This document shows positions 43,882-52,465 of a stretch of DNA of 64,000 nucleotides, one piece after another. The notes under the pieces are model-generated. The model was not told where the DNA came from. It did no database searches and saw nothing but the letters and a program-made list of their open reading frames with translations. Numbering within the stretch: position 1 is the stretch's first letter; each line of letters opens with the position of its first letter. Source of the stretch: Candidatus Saccharimonadota bacterium (lineage in GTDB: Bacteria > Patescibacteriota > Saccharimonadia > Saccharimonadales > SLHW01). Position numbers and translations under genes: made by a program. The stretch spans positions 354,446 through 418,445 of the forward strand of contig JAGXIU010000003.1 in NCBI GenBank assembly GCA_024635455.1, given 5' to 3'.

Positions 43882-44020
43882 AGAGATCTCCTTGTTGGTG
43901 GTGAATTCATTTTATTCTACACTCCTCACAGCATAAATAACTAGCAAGATATGTCTTTAGGTGTTGCACTTACTGACAACGTAGGACTGATTATTAGAGT
44001 AACGTCACTTCTTTCACCAC

Positions 44021-44073
44021 GCTCACTTGACGGGGTTTGCATCCGCCTGATCGAAGCCAAGAAAAATACCCTA
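44021..44073. repeat. Partial copy of the tRNA-Gly-linked mini-element
   Basis: 53 nt identical to 45392-45444 and 47379-47431. Confidence 0.9.
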
Positions 44074-44080
44074 TAAAGGT

Positions 44081-45316
44081 TTAGGGTGTGTTTTGTGGGC
44101 CAGGTGGGCCGTTGAGCTGGCGCGCGAGTGTTCCCATAAGCCAAGGCCAAGCAACGCCACCTTCGTCCCGGCCCAGTCGCACAATGACGGTGTCCTCGTT
44201 AGGGGCAATGTAAATGTATTGGCCTAGGTTACCTTGGGCGGCGAAGTCAGTAGGGCTACCCTGCGGACCGGTTGGGTACACCCACCAGAAGTTTTGATAA
44301 TTCTCAGACGGATCACCCGTTGTGTCGACGGATGTTGCGTCGCGTACCCATTGCTCTGGAACGACCTGCTTACCATCAACGATGCCGTCGTTCGCAAACA
44401 TTAGACCAAATCGAGCAAAATCAATGGGGCGCGCATTGACGCCACTCTCCATCTTTTCGAAGCCACTACTGACGCTATCCAAGCTCCAAGAAGCGTCGGC
44501 CTCTGCTCCGAGTGGCTTCCATAGGACATCACTCATGTAGTCGGTGACTTTCTGATCGGTCGCTCGCTCAAGCGCCATCCCGAGCAATAGCGGATTATAG
44601 TTGTTGTAGAGAAATGTCTTACCGGGTGCCTCGTCGATGACCGCGGAGAGTCCAGTTGCTCTCAAATCAGGAGAGTAGTACGTTTTCGCGGGGTCACCCC
44701 AAGGTGTCTTTTGATCTTCGTAGGCAAGGCCTGACGACATCGTAATTAGGTTCTTAAGCGTTATTGAGCTGAACTGTGGGTCGCGGTCGAGCAACTCGGG
44801 CACATAGTCAGTTATAGGATCATCAAGCGAGCCAATATGTCCCTGGTCGATCGCGATACCGATGAGAGTTGAGAGGAAAGACTTAGAGACAGAAAAAGAA
44901 GTTTGGAGCGTTTCTCGTTCAATGTTTTCTCCATACCACTCGTTCACCAGAACACCGTCTTTCACCACCAAGAACGCAGTTGTGTCGGTTCGCGTTAGGA
45001 AAGCGTCAAGATCGCCTCCAGCCACGAGTGTAGGGTCGAGTCCCCCGCCCATTGCAGGATCAATTCGTTTGAATGCTTCAGACGTCTTGTTGTTGAGTGC
45101 TACAGGTAGATCCGACGATACTGACGCCTCAATTACTCGCGAAGGGAACCGATTTATGTCACCAACGTCTGCGTCGAACCAGACGACAGAGCGAGCAAAC
45201 TGCGAACGCCCAGTAAGACTAAAAAGCAAGCCGTATGTCAGTGCTAGTATGCCAATTATGGCGACTAGTATTATCACTGCGTGGCGAACTTTAGGATTTT
45301 TTATTTTTCTCAGCAT
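44081..45316 (-). CDS. Serine hydrolase, beta-lactamase class C-like family, N-terminal TM
   Basis: SFSVSKS (SxxK), YNN, LITMSSGL, AQGNLGQ; visibly GC-richer than its flanks. Confidence 0.9.
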   Translation of the reverse strand: MLRKIKNPKVRHAVIILVAIIGILALTYGLLFSLTGRSQFARSVVWFDADVGDINRFPSRVIEASVSSDLPVALNNKTSEAFKRIDPAMGGGLDPTLVAGGDLDAFLTRTDTTAFLVVKDGVLVNEWYGENIERETLQTSFSVSKSFLSTLIGIAIDQGHIGSLDDPITDYVPELLDRDPQFSSITLKNLITMSSGLAYEDQKTPWGDPAKTYYSPDLRATGLSAVIDEAPGKTFLYNNYNPLLLGMALERATDQKVTDYMSDVLWKPLGAEADASWSLDSVSSGFEKMESGVNARPIDFARFGLMFANDGIVDGKQVVPEQWVRDATSVDTTGDPSENYQNFWWVYPTGPQGSPTDFAAQGNLGQYIYIAPNEDTVIVRLGRDEGGVAWPWLMGTLARQLNGPPGPQNTP

Positions 45317-45365
45317 AAGCTTATTATAGCGCGGTAGTTTAGAAATGGGGATTAATATCTGTGTT

Positions 45366-45471
45366 ACTCGCACCAAACCCTCGTTCGCTAGGCTCACTTG
45401 ACGGGGTTTGCATCCGCCTGATCGAAGCCAAGAAAAATACCCTACACAAGGCAGGGTACTTTTCTTGGTGC
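45366..45471. repeat. Partial copy of the tRNA-Gly-linked mini-element
   Basis: Near-identical to 47354-47458; ends in TTGGTGC. Confidence 0.9.
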
Positions 45472-45585
45472 AGCAGGTACAAATAGGTTTACGCCAAATC
45501 AATGAAGAACTGATTAGATGGAGGGAGATTCTAGCTGTTCCCTACCAGCAGTACTTGTTATCTAAGTAAGGTTAGGGAGTTACAC

Positions 45586-46065
45586 TTACTCTTGTGAAAC
45601 TTGGATACTTCCTACTTCTGAAGGATTGAGATGGTTATGGTATTGCCAATTTCCAGCATTCTCAAATGTAAATACATACTCTTCACCAGGACTTATTGAT
45701 TCCTCCGAATCGAAACCAGGCAAAACTGTATGCGTAGGGTGATTATCTGATGCAATCCAAACTTCTTGACTACTTTCATTGAAAAACTTTACTGTTGAGC
45801 CTGGTGTAATTGGTCCGATTTGCTCTGGGTCAAAACGCCTATCAACATATGTCACAACCGCAGAAATAGTTTCGTCTTGTCCGTTTACTACGGCTTCATC
45901 GACTCCCTCACTCCCTGGTGCTGGAACTGCACTTACGAGTTCTTGATTTTGGTTTTCAGATGTATTTTCTACTTTTGACGCAGGCTCATCCGACCCTGTG
46001 AAGGCCCACACCCCTACTCCTGCTATCACAATTATTGTTACAATCGCAATCAATGATTTACTCAT
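45586..46065 (-). CDS. Membrane-anchored cupredoxin-domain protein
   Basis: ASDNHPTH, FTFENAGNWQYHNHLNP..GSIQV. Confidence 0.8.
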   Translation of the reverse strand: MSKSLIAIVTIIVIAGVGVWAFTGSDEPASKVENTSENQNQELVSAVPAPGSEGVDEAVVNGQDETISAVVTYVDRRFDPEQIGPITPGSTVKFFNESSQEVWIASDNHPTHTVLPGFDSEESISPGEEYVFTFENAGNWQYHNHLNPSEVGSIQVSQE

Positions 46066-46214
46066 GAAATCTCTCCTTTAATAGATACATTGTATCAAAA
46101 CAAAAGACGACGCCAGAACATCATCCCTTTTGATATGGTGCACTGCTGTGGATGGACTTCTAACTTCTATTGCTGGTTTAAATAGCCATTATTACTAGGT
46201 GCTACAATTAGATA

Positions 46215-46424
46215 ATGAATGAAACGAGACAAACAGCATTAGTTAAGTGTCCAAAATGTAGTCATGAAACAGAACTTGAAGTACCACAAACAAGCTGCTT
46301 GCCTGCTTACAAATGTGGAGGTTGCGGTGAGTTGATTATGATACCTAAAGACTCCGAGAACTGTTGCATAGTCTGCGAATACTCAGATGACGAATGTCCA
46401 ATACCAAACAAACATAAAAAATAG
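46215..46424 (+). CDS. Small Cys-rich metal-binding protein (GDCCVxC-like)
   Basis: CPKC..SC...YKCGGCG..ENCCIVCEYS...CP. Confidence 0.75.
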   Translation: MNETRQTALVKCPKCSHETELEVPQTSCLPAYKCGGCGELIMIPKDSENCCIVCEYSDDECPIPNKHKK

Positions 46425-46461
46425 TAACAAAAAGACGATTAGGGTATTTTCCTCTTTGGTC

Positions 46462-46506
46462 TGGTGCGAGCGAGGGGATATCGGTAAGCCTTTTCCGTTG
46501 AAACAT
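46462..46506. repeat. tRNA-Gly 3'-end duplicate plus start of the mini-element
   Basis: TGGTGCGAGCGAGGGGATATCGGTAAGCCTTTTCCGTTGAAACAT; 3 mismatches to 47280-47324. Confidence 0.9.
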
Positions 46507-46547
46507 TCAATCTTTCAGCAGAACTTATTTAGTCACAAATACAATAG

Positions 46548-46829
46548 TTAACTTCCTGCTATAGGCGAACCAAATACACCAACTGCGAGTTCCGCCCAAA
46601 AAAGTAGGAACAGCGCTACTATAAATAATCCAACCACAATCTGATTCATACTTCTTGCTCTATTTGTAATTAGACTGGCAGCGAAGCCAAGCCCTGCTAA
46701 CAACACTGACATGATAATAAAACTAGGCACATTCCAATCAAAATTGTTTGATATCATCATTCCAATGATTGGTATAAGTAAAAGTGATTCTGCGCCTACT
46801 ATAAATCGCTTAATTCTTTTATAGTCCAC
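46548..46829 (-). CDS. Small 3-TM membrane protein
   Basis: LLLIPIIGM..FDW..WAELAVGVFGSPIAGS. Confidence 0.75.
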   Translation of the reverse strand: MDYKRIKRFIVGAESLLLIPIIGMMISNNFDWNVPSFIIMSVLLAGLGFAASLITNRARSMNQIVVGLFIVALFLLFWAELAVGVFGSPIAGS

Positions 46830-46843
46830 GGCTACCTCTTTCT

Positions 46844-47128
46844 TTAGTATTTAATATTATTGAGTGCTTGAATAGAACCATTATTAAAAGCTTTATTTTT
46901 ATCAATTAAATTAAGTAGTCTCATCGCCTGGTACAAAGCAAAATAAAAAGGAATTGCTGGTATATATAATCCAGCCAATATTGGTTTGTAAAATCCTGTT
47001 TGGTCAGAGGAAAGTCCAGCTGGAAGAGCAAAAATACAAATTACAAGCACAGTTAGGCCTATGAAGACGATTGTTGCTCGCAGAAGTACTGTTGAGCCAC
47101 GTTCAATTAATTTTATTGCTGTGTTCAT
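46844..47128 (-). pseudogene. Truncated DUF2975-family membrane protein
   Basis: GLYIPAIPFYFALYQAMRLL..KNKAF..ALNNIKY then stop; C-terminal TMs missing. Confidence 0.6.
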
Positions 47129-47278
47129 ATCTAAAAGATTACACAGTATTTATTGTTTATCAATATATTTTTATTGTTAAAATTTTCACTAATAGAGTAA
47201 GTTAGAGTCGTAGTTTGGGTTAAAGCAAAAAACGCAGATTTGCTCGACGTTTCTCAGGGGTCATGTTCTGCAATATAT

Positions 47279-47459
47279 TTGGTGCGAGTGAGGGGATATC
47301 GGCAAGCCTTTTCCGTTCAAACATGCTCGATGCAAGCATCTGCGCGTGATTTCACTCCACCAAACCCTCGTTCGCTAAGCTCACTTGACGGGGTTTGCAT
47401 CCGCCTGATCGAAGCCAAGAAAAATACCCTACACAAGGCAGGGTACTTTTCTTGGTGCG
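47279..47459 (-). repeat. Full tRNA-Gly-linked mini-element (173-bp period), displaced from the tRNA by the island
   Basis: 19-bp copy of the tRNA-Gly 3' end (47279-47297 = 62235-62253), conserved hairpin 47326-47342, inverted T-arm copy 47390-47402, terminator-like hairpin, TTGGTGCG. Confidence 0.88.
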
Positions 47460-47648
47460 CCATAAGCTACGAAAGTAAAACCTTACTTCTTAGAGATTTG
47501 CAAAAAATACCTGAGAATTAAACACACCTGCGTTCCTATATAGTTTGTCCAGTAAGTGAAACAGCTACTGACAGTATGAGTCTAGAATTACTAACCGATA
47601 ACCGAGACAATGTAGACAACTATAAGTTATGGGAGTTAGTGAAGAGAT

Positions 47649-48320
47649 TTAATCAATTAACTCCTGCAACAAGACTTTGAAATTAAGTTCTCCAATATTC
47701 TTCGGTGAAATAACTACATTTTGAGAACTATTCAAAGTCATATAAGAATAGCCAGCTAACTCGGGTACAGCTTCTAGCCAGAGATTCTTGCTCCGCATTA
47801 CGACGATTACCTTGTTTCTGCGAATTGCTTCTCTAACAATTTCAAATGAGTAGAGCTGTGAGGGTGTGTAGCTGTTGATGTGTTTATAGTTCACTGAATG
47901 ATATGGGAAGTACTCAACCATCATAATTTTATCTCGCAGTACTTCTTCTGAAATACCCGCAGTAATAAGAGGTTTAAGTTTTGCACTCCACCATTTATAG
48001 CCACCTGTTGCTTCTAGTCCACCGTTAAAGTAATAGAATGGCGAAGTGTAAGGGTTCTCTAGGTTATTACGACAGCCTTCAATAAACTCAGGCAACTTCA
48101 TATTTACATCTACATCGGAATCGGTGAAGCCAGGGTTAAGGGCTAAAAAGACTACTTTAGCTTCATTTAAACCACCTACTAGTGGTTCGGGCAGAGTATC
48201 GAGTCTTAGCCCGATAAAGTTCTTGTGGCTTTCAATAACCGCTAAATCTTCGGCGATAATATAAGGTTCTGTATCAGGCAAATTAGTCCAAGGATTAGTC
48301 AATATTAACCCGCTAGTCAT
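47649..48320 (-). CDS. Uracil-DNA-glycosylase-fold protein (Brig1-like candidate)
   Basis: LPEPLVG..AKVVFLALNPG, VEYFPYHS, PSQ motifs. Confidence 0.55.
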   Translation of the reverse strand: MTSGLILTNPWTNLPDTEPYIIAEDLAVIESHKNFIGLRLDTLPEPLVGGLNEAKVVFLALNPGFTDSDVDVNMKLPEFIEGCRNNLENPYTSPFYYFNGGLEATGGYKWWSAKLKPLITAGISEEVLRDKIMMVEYFPYHSVNYKHINSYTPSQLYSFEIVREAIRRNKVIVVMRSKNLWLEAVPELAGYSYMTLNSSQNVVISPKNIGELNFKVLLQELID

Positions 48321-48322
48321 GG

Positions 48323-48631
48323 CTACAACCTCTCCATCAACTCTAGAAATGCGTCATCTACCCACATAAATAAGCCCTTGTCCCTAAATGTATCTACTTC
48401 GTTATGAGGAACAATTTCATCAAATACCTTGCCATTTACTACCTGTGCATTAAATCCATAAGGCGAACCTTCTTCGTCTGATATTCGCTTTAGATAAAAG
48501 TAACTCTGATAGTCAGGGTGCGTGTACTTATACTCCTTACCTCTATGTTGCGTCCAAGCGTCTTGTGACTCTTTGAAAATGAACCCTTTACTAAGTAGAG
48601 TTGTATCGTATTCTTCTCTCGTCATAGCCAA
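48323..48631 (-). CDS. Hypothetical protein
   Basis: ORF ending 2 nt before 47649-48320; TATACT just upstream. Confidence 0.6.
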   Translation of the reverse strand: MAMTREEYDTTLLSKGFIFKESQDAWTQHRGKEYKYTHPDYQSYFYLKRISDEEGSPYGFNAQVVNGKVFDEIVPHNEVDTFRDKGLFMWVDDAFLELMERL

Positions 48632-48700
48632 AGTATATCAGAGAGTCAGTAACTTTTTATTGGGGGTGTGCTCATACGAAAATAGTCTACAATTAGCTTA

Positions 48701-48877
48701 ATGATTGGCAAAATAGACGAAAAGAAACTAGCAGAGTGGAAGAAGACATTAGCTGATAGTGGCGTAACCTATGAAACTGATTATGAGTATCGAGAAGCTA
48801 TCCACAATCTAGTTGGCTACTTTGATATTTTGATACAAATAGACTTAGCTAATAATGAAAATGACTCCAAAAACTAA
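48701..48877 (+). CDS. Small 58-aa protein (not in the ORF track)
   Basis: MIGKIDEKKLAEWKKTLADSGVTYETDYEYREAIHNLVGYFDILIQID..; TACAAT 7 nt upstream. Confidence 0.6.
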   Translation: MIGKIDEKKLAEWKKTLADSGVTYETDYEYREAIHNLVGYFDILIQIDLANNENDSKN

Positions 48878-49387
48878 CTATTTCTTTTTTTTCTTAATGG
48901 CTTTGTAGGTTTGACCGCCACTTTTTATATTAGATTTGGCTTTCTTATACGCCTTAACCGATGGAATTAAAGCCGTTCCGTTGATTTCTTGCTGTCTTGC
49001 CACAAGTTTAGCCAATATTTCCCTTGCTTCATCGACAGGCAGTTCCCCTAAATCAACATCTATAAATATTCTTGTATCCTGTTGTAGAGCTAAGTAAGCA
49101 TTTGCAGTAGCGTGAGCCTGATCAATTTTCTTGGAGTAATTCAAGGTTGTCATTATTCCACTTAAAAATGCAGCTAAAAGTGCCATTATTGCGACTGGCG
49201 TTTTACCTATCGTAGTTGCTAGTCCAGCCACACCTGCAATCGCTGCGATTCCTGACGAAGGTATTCCCAAGAATAAGTATCGTTTATTCCACAGTTTTGC
49301 CTGTTCAAACTGTCCTTGAGAACTGTACATTACAGCCTCGTGAACTTTGTTTGCCTCTTGGCGTATAGCGTCTTTTCTATTCTTCAT
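48878..49387 (-). CDS. SLATT-domain 2-TM effector
   Basis: YSSQGQFEQAKLW..LGIPS, two TM, HATANAYLALQ; coupled (TAATG) to the nucleotidyltransferase. Confidence 0.85.
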   Translation of the reverse strand: MKNRKDAIRQEANKVHEAVMYSSQGQFEQAKLWNKRYLFLGIPSSGIAAIAGVAGLATTIGKTPVAIMALLAAFLSGIMTTLNYSKKIDQAHATANAYLALQQDTRIFIDVDLGELPVDEAREILAKLVARQQEINGTALIPSVKAYKKAKSNIKSGGQTYKAIKKKKK

Positions 49388-50229
49388 TATATTTCCCTGT
49401 CAAAAACTAGCTTCCACCAACCAAGTGCGTCAGTATGCTGGTCGGCTTTCTGGCAAGCTACGGCATTGTTTACTCTAGTTAAGGCAGTGTTTAGCTTAGA
49501 CATTGCATCTAGCCGCTGTAACTCTGTAGTGCAGGGACTTACTAATCCAGAGATACCCATTGGGTCACGAATTGCTGCAAGATTGTCAGAAATCAGTCGA
49601 CTTATTACTCGCTGAATATCATATTCATAAATTATTGACTCTTCATCTTGGCAATACTTGGCAATACGCAATTCCAGGTAAAACGAAGATATCGGTATAT
49701 TTCTAAAGTATTTAAGAGCCTTTATAAGCCTTATTAACGGCTTTACCTTGTACCCTAGGTTAGAGTTAATGTTGTTTACATACGCATTGTGAGCCGATGG
49801 ACTAGCTTTTTGCCAACCGCCAAAGTCAGGTATTAGATAAACGCTAAAACCATTACTCTGCTCTTGATAATATGCAGGTGTAACTTCAACAGTTCTATTG
49901 TCTGAGAAATAGCACACTACTGCTGGTGTTCTAATTCCGATAGAACTGGAAGTAAACCTGCCTTCGAAGGAAGTTTTTACAGCTGAAAGCATAGACTGCG
50001 AATCATTGCGTTGCGAAGCAGCTGGAATACTAGCCATCAGGTCTAAATCCGTATAGAACCTTACGCCAGTTCCGTTGCCAAAAGAACCCGTTTCGTTGCA
50101 GATACTCACGTTAAATGAGTCATTAAGTCGGGCTTTGATTGAAAGTTTATGGGTAGCATACGACGCTCTCTCCGCATCGGTCGGAGTTAATCTTGCGAGA
50201 AAATCTACGAAGTGTTGGTTAATTGTCAT
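49387..50229 (-). CDS. SMODS/CD-NTase (cGAS/DncV-like) nucleotidyltransferase
   Basis: GSFGNGT..TDLDL, EVTPA, YLIPD..W..ASP, VKPLIRLIKALKY..ISSFYLE, IRDP. Confidence 0.88.
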   Translation of the reverse strand: MTINQHFVDFLARLTPTDAERASYATHKLSIKARLNDSFNVSICNETGSFGNGTGVRFYTDLDLMASIPAASQRNDSQSMLSAVKTSFEGRFTSSSIGIRTPAVVCYFSDNRTVEVTPAYYQEQSNGFSVYLIPDFGGWQKASPSAHNAYVNNINSNLGYKVKPLIRLIKALKYFRNIPISSFYLELRIAKYCQDEESIIYEYDIQRVISRLISDNLAAIRDPMGISGLVSPCTTELQRLDAMSKLNTALTRVNNAVACQKADQHTDALGWWKLVFDREI

Positions 50230-50418
50230 AATATATCCTAGCTATATTATGCTACAGCTTCCAACAGATACAAAGCGTAAGCATTGACAAAAGCCAAATT
50301 AATGTTATTAGTGCTTATGCTTGCAATCAATAATGTACGCAGTTACAAGCTGTTTGATATTTGTCAGGTGTTAGGAGTTTATTGTGTCGTAGGGTCTAAC
50401 TAGCATACAATTACAGCT

Positions 50419-51018
50419 ATGAATGTAACTAATGCTGAGTACTTTACTTTTAATGTAGATTCGTCACTACTATTAGTTGGACAAACTGGTACAGGCAAAT
50501 CCGTATTAGAAGATAGATATATTGAACGTTTACTGAGTTCTTTTTCACCTGACGAATTAAAGTTTGTGCTTATTGATATGACAGGAGTCGATTTTTTTCA
50601 AATTAGGGATAATCATAAAGACTACATTATGGAAGATGTTAAATTTGATTCAAGCAAGGGTCTGGCAGTCTTGGAGCAAGTTGATACTCTTGCGAAAGAA
50701 CGAGTTAGTTCACAAAATATTACACCCTTGATAGTTCTATGTATTGAAGAATGCGACATGGCCGCCCTAAACCAAACTCGTTTCGACAACTCGTTAATTT
50801 CTATAAATAAAATCGCAAAATCAGCAAATATAAAAGTAATCTACTCCACATCACGTCCAGCTCCCGACGTTGTCTCAAGTCGTTTATTAAACAGTTTCGA
50901 TTTAATTTTAGCTGGCACTCTTGTAGATACTGATTATGAATATCTAGGTGTTCAAAAACCCAAAGAACATAAAAAATTTGAATTCGTTGTAACACAATTA
51001 AATAAGAGTAACGGGTAA
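50419..51018 (+). CDS. FtsK/SpoIIIE-like P-loop ATPase domain protein
   Basis: LLVGQTGTGKS, LKFVLID, IEE, STSRP. Confidence 0.75.
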   Translation: MNVTNAEYFTFNVDSSLLLVGQTGTGKSVLEDRYIERLLSSFSPDELKFVLIDMTGVDFFQIRDNHKDYIMEDVKFDSSKGLAVLEQVDTLAKERVSSQNITPLIVLCIEECDMAALNQTRFDNSLISINKIAKSANIKVIYSTSRPAPDVVSSRLLNSFDLILAGTLVDTDYEYLGVQKPKEHKKFEFVVTQLNKSNG

Positions 51019-51020
51019 AA

Positions 51021-51437
51021 ATGAATGTTTATCTTGATATAGATGGGGTGTTGCTCGCTAACGACCTTAACCCCGCTAATCACGTTCACAAATTTCTTCA
51101 AACTATAAATCAAAAAGCGGAAAAAGTTTATTGGCTAACTACGCACTGCCAAGGAGACTCGCTAACAGCAGTAAAACGACTTTCACTGGTATTTGAACCA
51201 AAAACTCTTGAGCTGATAAAAAACTATAAGCCTACTACTTGGGAAACCGCTAAAACACGAGCGATAGACATAAAAGAACCTTTCCTCTGGTTTGATGATA
51301 ACTTATTCCATGAAGAAAGGATTACACTCGAAAAACACGGTCTTTTAGATAACTGGATAGAGGTAAATTTAACTAAATATGAAAACCATTTACTAAAGTT
51401 TATTACGGATTTTCCTATACCTGTTCAAGGTTTATAA
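51021..51437 (+). CDS. HAD-domain hypothetical protein
   Basis: YLDIDGVL, WLTT, K, WFDD. Confidence 0.7.
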   Translation: MNVYLDIDGVLLANDLNPANHVHKFLQTINQKAEKVYWLTTHCQGDSLTAVKRLSLVFEPKTLELIKNYKPTTWETAKTRAIDIKEPFLWFDDNLFHEERITLEKHGLLDNWIEVNLTKYENHLLKFITDFPIPVQGL

Positions 51438-51591
51438 ACAACTTACAGTGCAATTCTCTCCAAAATCTAAAATCTTCTTGATTTAATAGAGTCCCTAAAA
51501 TTACAAGACTAACCTGTATGATAGCTCTTTGCGATATATCTATGAAACTCTTTTCATGTGTCGATGAATTTCCATTATAATGGAGTAAGTT

Positions 51592-52464
51592 ATGAGGGAA
51601 ACAAAAAACCAAGTAAAGACATTAGCGACTGCTATACCACGACCTTTCTTAAAATGGGTTGGTGGCAAAGCTAGATTATTACCAGAGATTTCAAAGTATT
51701 ACCCAACAAGTCATGGAACATTTTATGAACCTTTCGTAGGCGGGGGTGCAATGTACTTTTCCCTAAAGCCTAAATCTGCCCACATCAATGACCTAAACCT
51801 CGTTCTTATTAGTGCATATAAGCACATCAGGGATAGATTAAAGCCGCTGATTGGTTCGTTGCAAGAGCTTGAATTACGGTACTACTCATTACCTTCACTA
51901 GAGGAAAAGAAGTTATTTTTTCTAGAGCAACGAGAAACCTTCAATTCTTTACCTAACGATTCTTTCGAAAAAACTGTGCTTCTAATATTCCTAAATAAAA
52001 CTTGTTTCAACGGAATGTATAGGGAGAATTCTAAAGGTGGGTTCAATGTACCATTCGGAAAACATGAAAAACCAAAAATATGTGACGAGATTAATTTGAA
52101 GAGAGTATCCGTTTCTTTACAAAATACTACAATTACACATTCGTCGTATGAAGAAGCTGTATCTACTGCGAAAAAAAATGATTTTGTTTATTTTGACCCA
52201 CCATATCACCCCCTCAATCCAACTTCTAGTTTCACCAGTTATCAGGCAGGAGGTTTCTCTGAGCAAGACCAAGTTAAATTACGAGATGAATTCAAAAGAC
52301 TTTCTAACATCGGCTGCAAGGTTATGTTAAGCAACTCTGATTCGCCCCTAATAAATGAACTATACAAAGAATTCAATATTCGCAAAATATATGCCGCTCG
52401 CTCAATTAATTCAGTCGGCACTAAAAGGGGCAAAATCCTAGAAGTATTAATAACAAATTACTAG
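51592..52464 (+). CDS. Dam-family DNA adenine methyltransferase (DpnM-like)
   Basis: FLKWVGGK, EPFVGGG, FNGMYREN..FNVPFG, DPPY. Confidence 0.93.
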   Translation: MRETKNQVKTLATAIPRPFLKWVGGKARLLPEISKYYPTSHGTFYEPFVGGGAMYFSLKPKSAHINDLNLVLISAYKHIRDRLKPLIGSLQELELRYYSLPSLEEKKLFFLEQRETFNSLPNDSFEKTVLLIFLNKTCFNGMYRENSKGGFNVPFGKHEKPKICDEINLKRVSVSLQNTTITHSSYEEAVSTAKKNDFVYFDPPYHPLNPTSSFTSYQAGGFSEQDQVKLRDEFKRLSNIGCKVMLSNSDSPLINELYKEFNIRKIYAARSINSVGTKRGKILEVLITNY

Positions 52465-52465
52465 C

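Noticed and set aside
44081..45316. Beta-lactam resistance gene
   Set aside because: The SxxK/YxN fold is shared with esterases and amidases; no evidence of true AmpC activity.
45317..45502. N-terminal extension of the serine hydrolase
   Set aside because: It crosses the repeat; the start at 45316 follows TATAAT and precedes the TM anchor.
46215..46424. Selenoprotein
   Set aside because: No in-frame TGA; all motif positions are Cys codons.
43180..47459. CRISPR array or classical integron
   Set aside because: Repeats are 45-180 bp with gene-sized irregular spacing; no cas or intI gene, and no consistent RYYYAAC..GTTRRRY attC ends seen.
47240..47521. 93-aa ORF as a real gene
   Set aside because: It reads through the structured repeat; only its last 22 codons are interpreted, as a recombinase tail.
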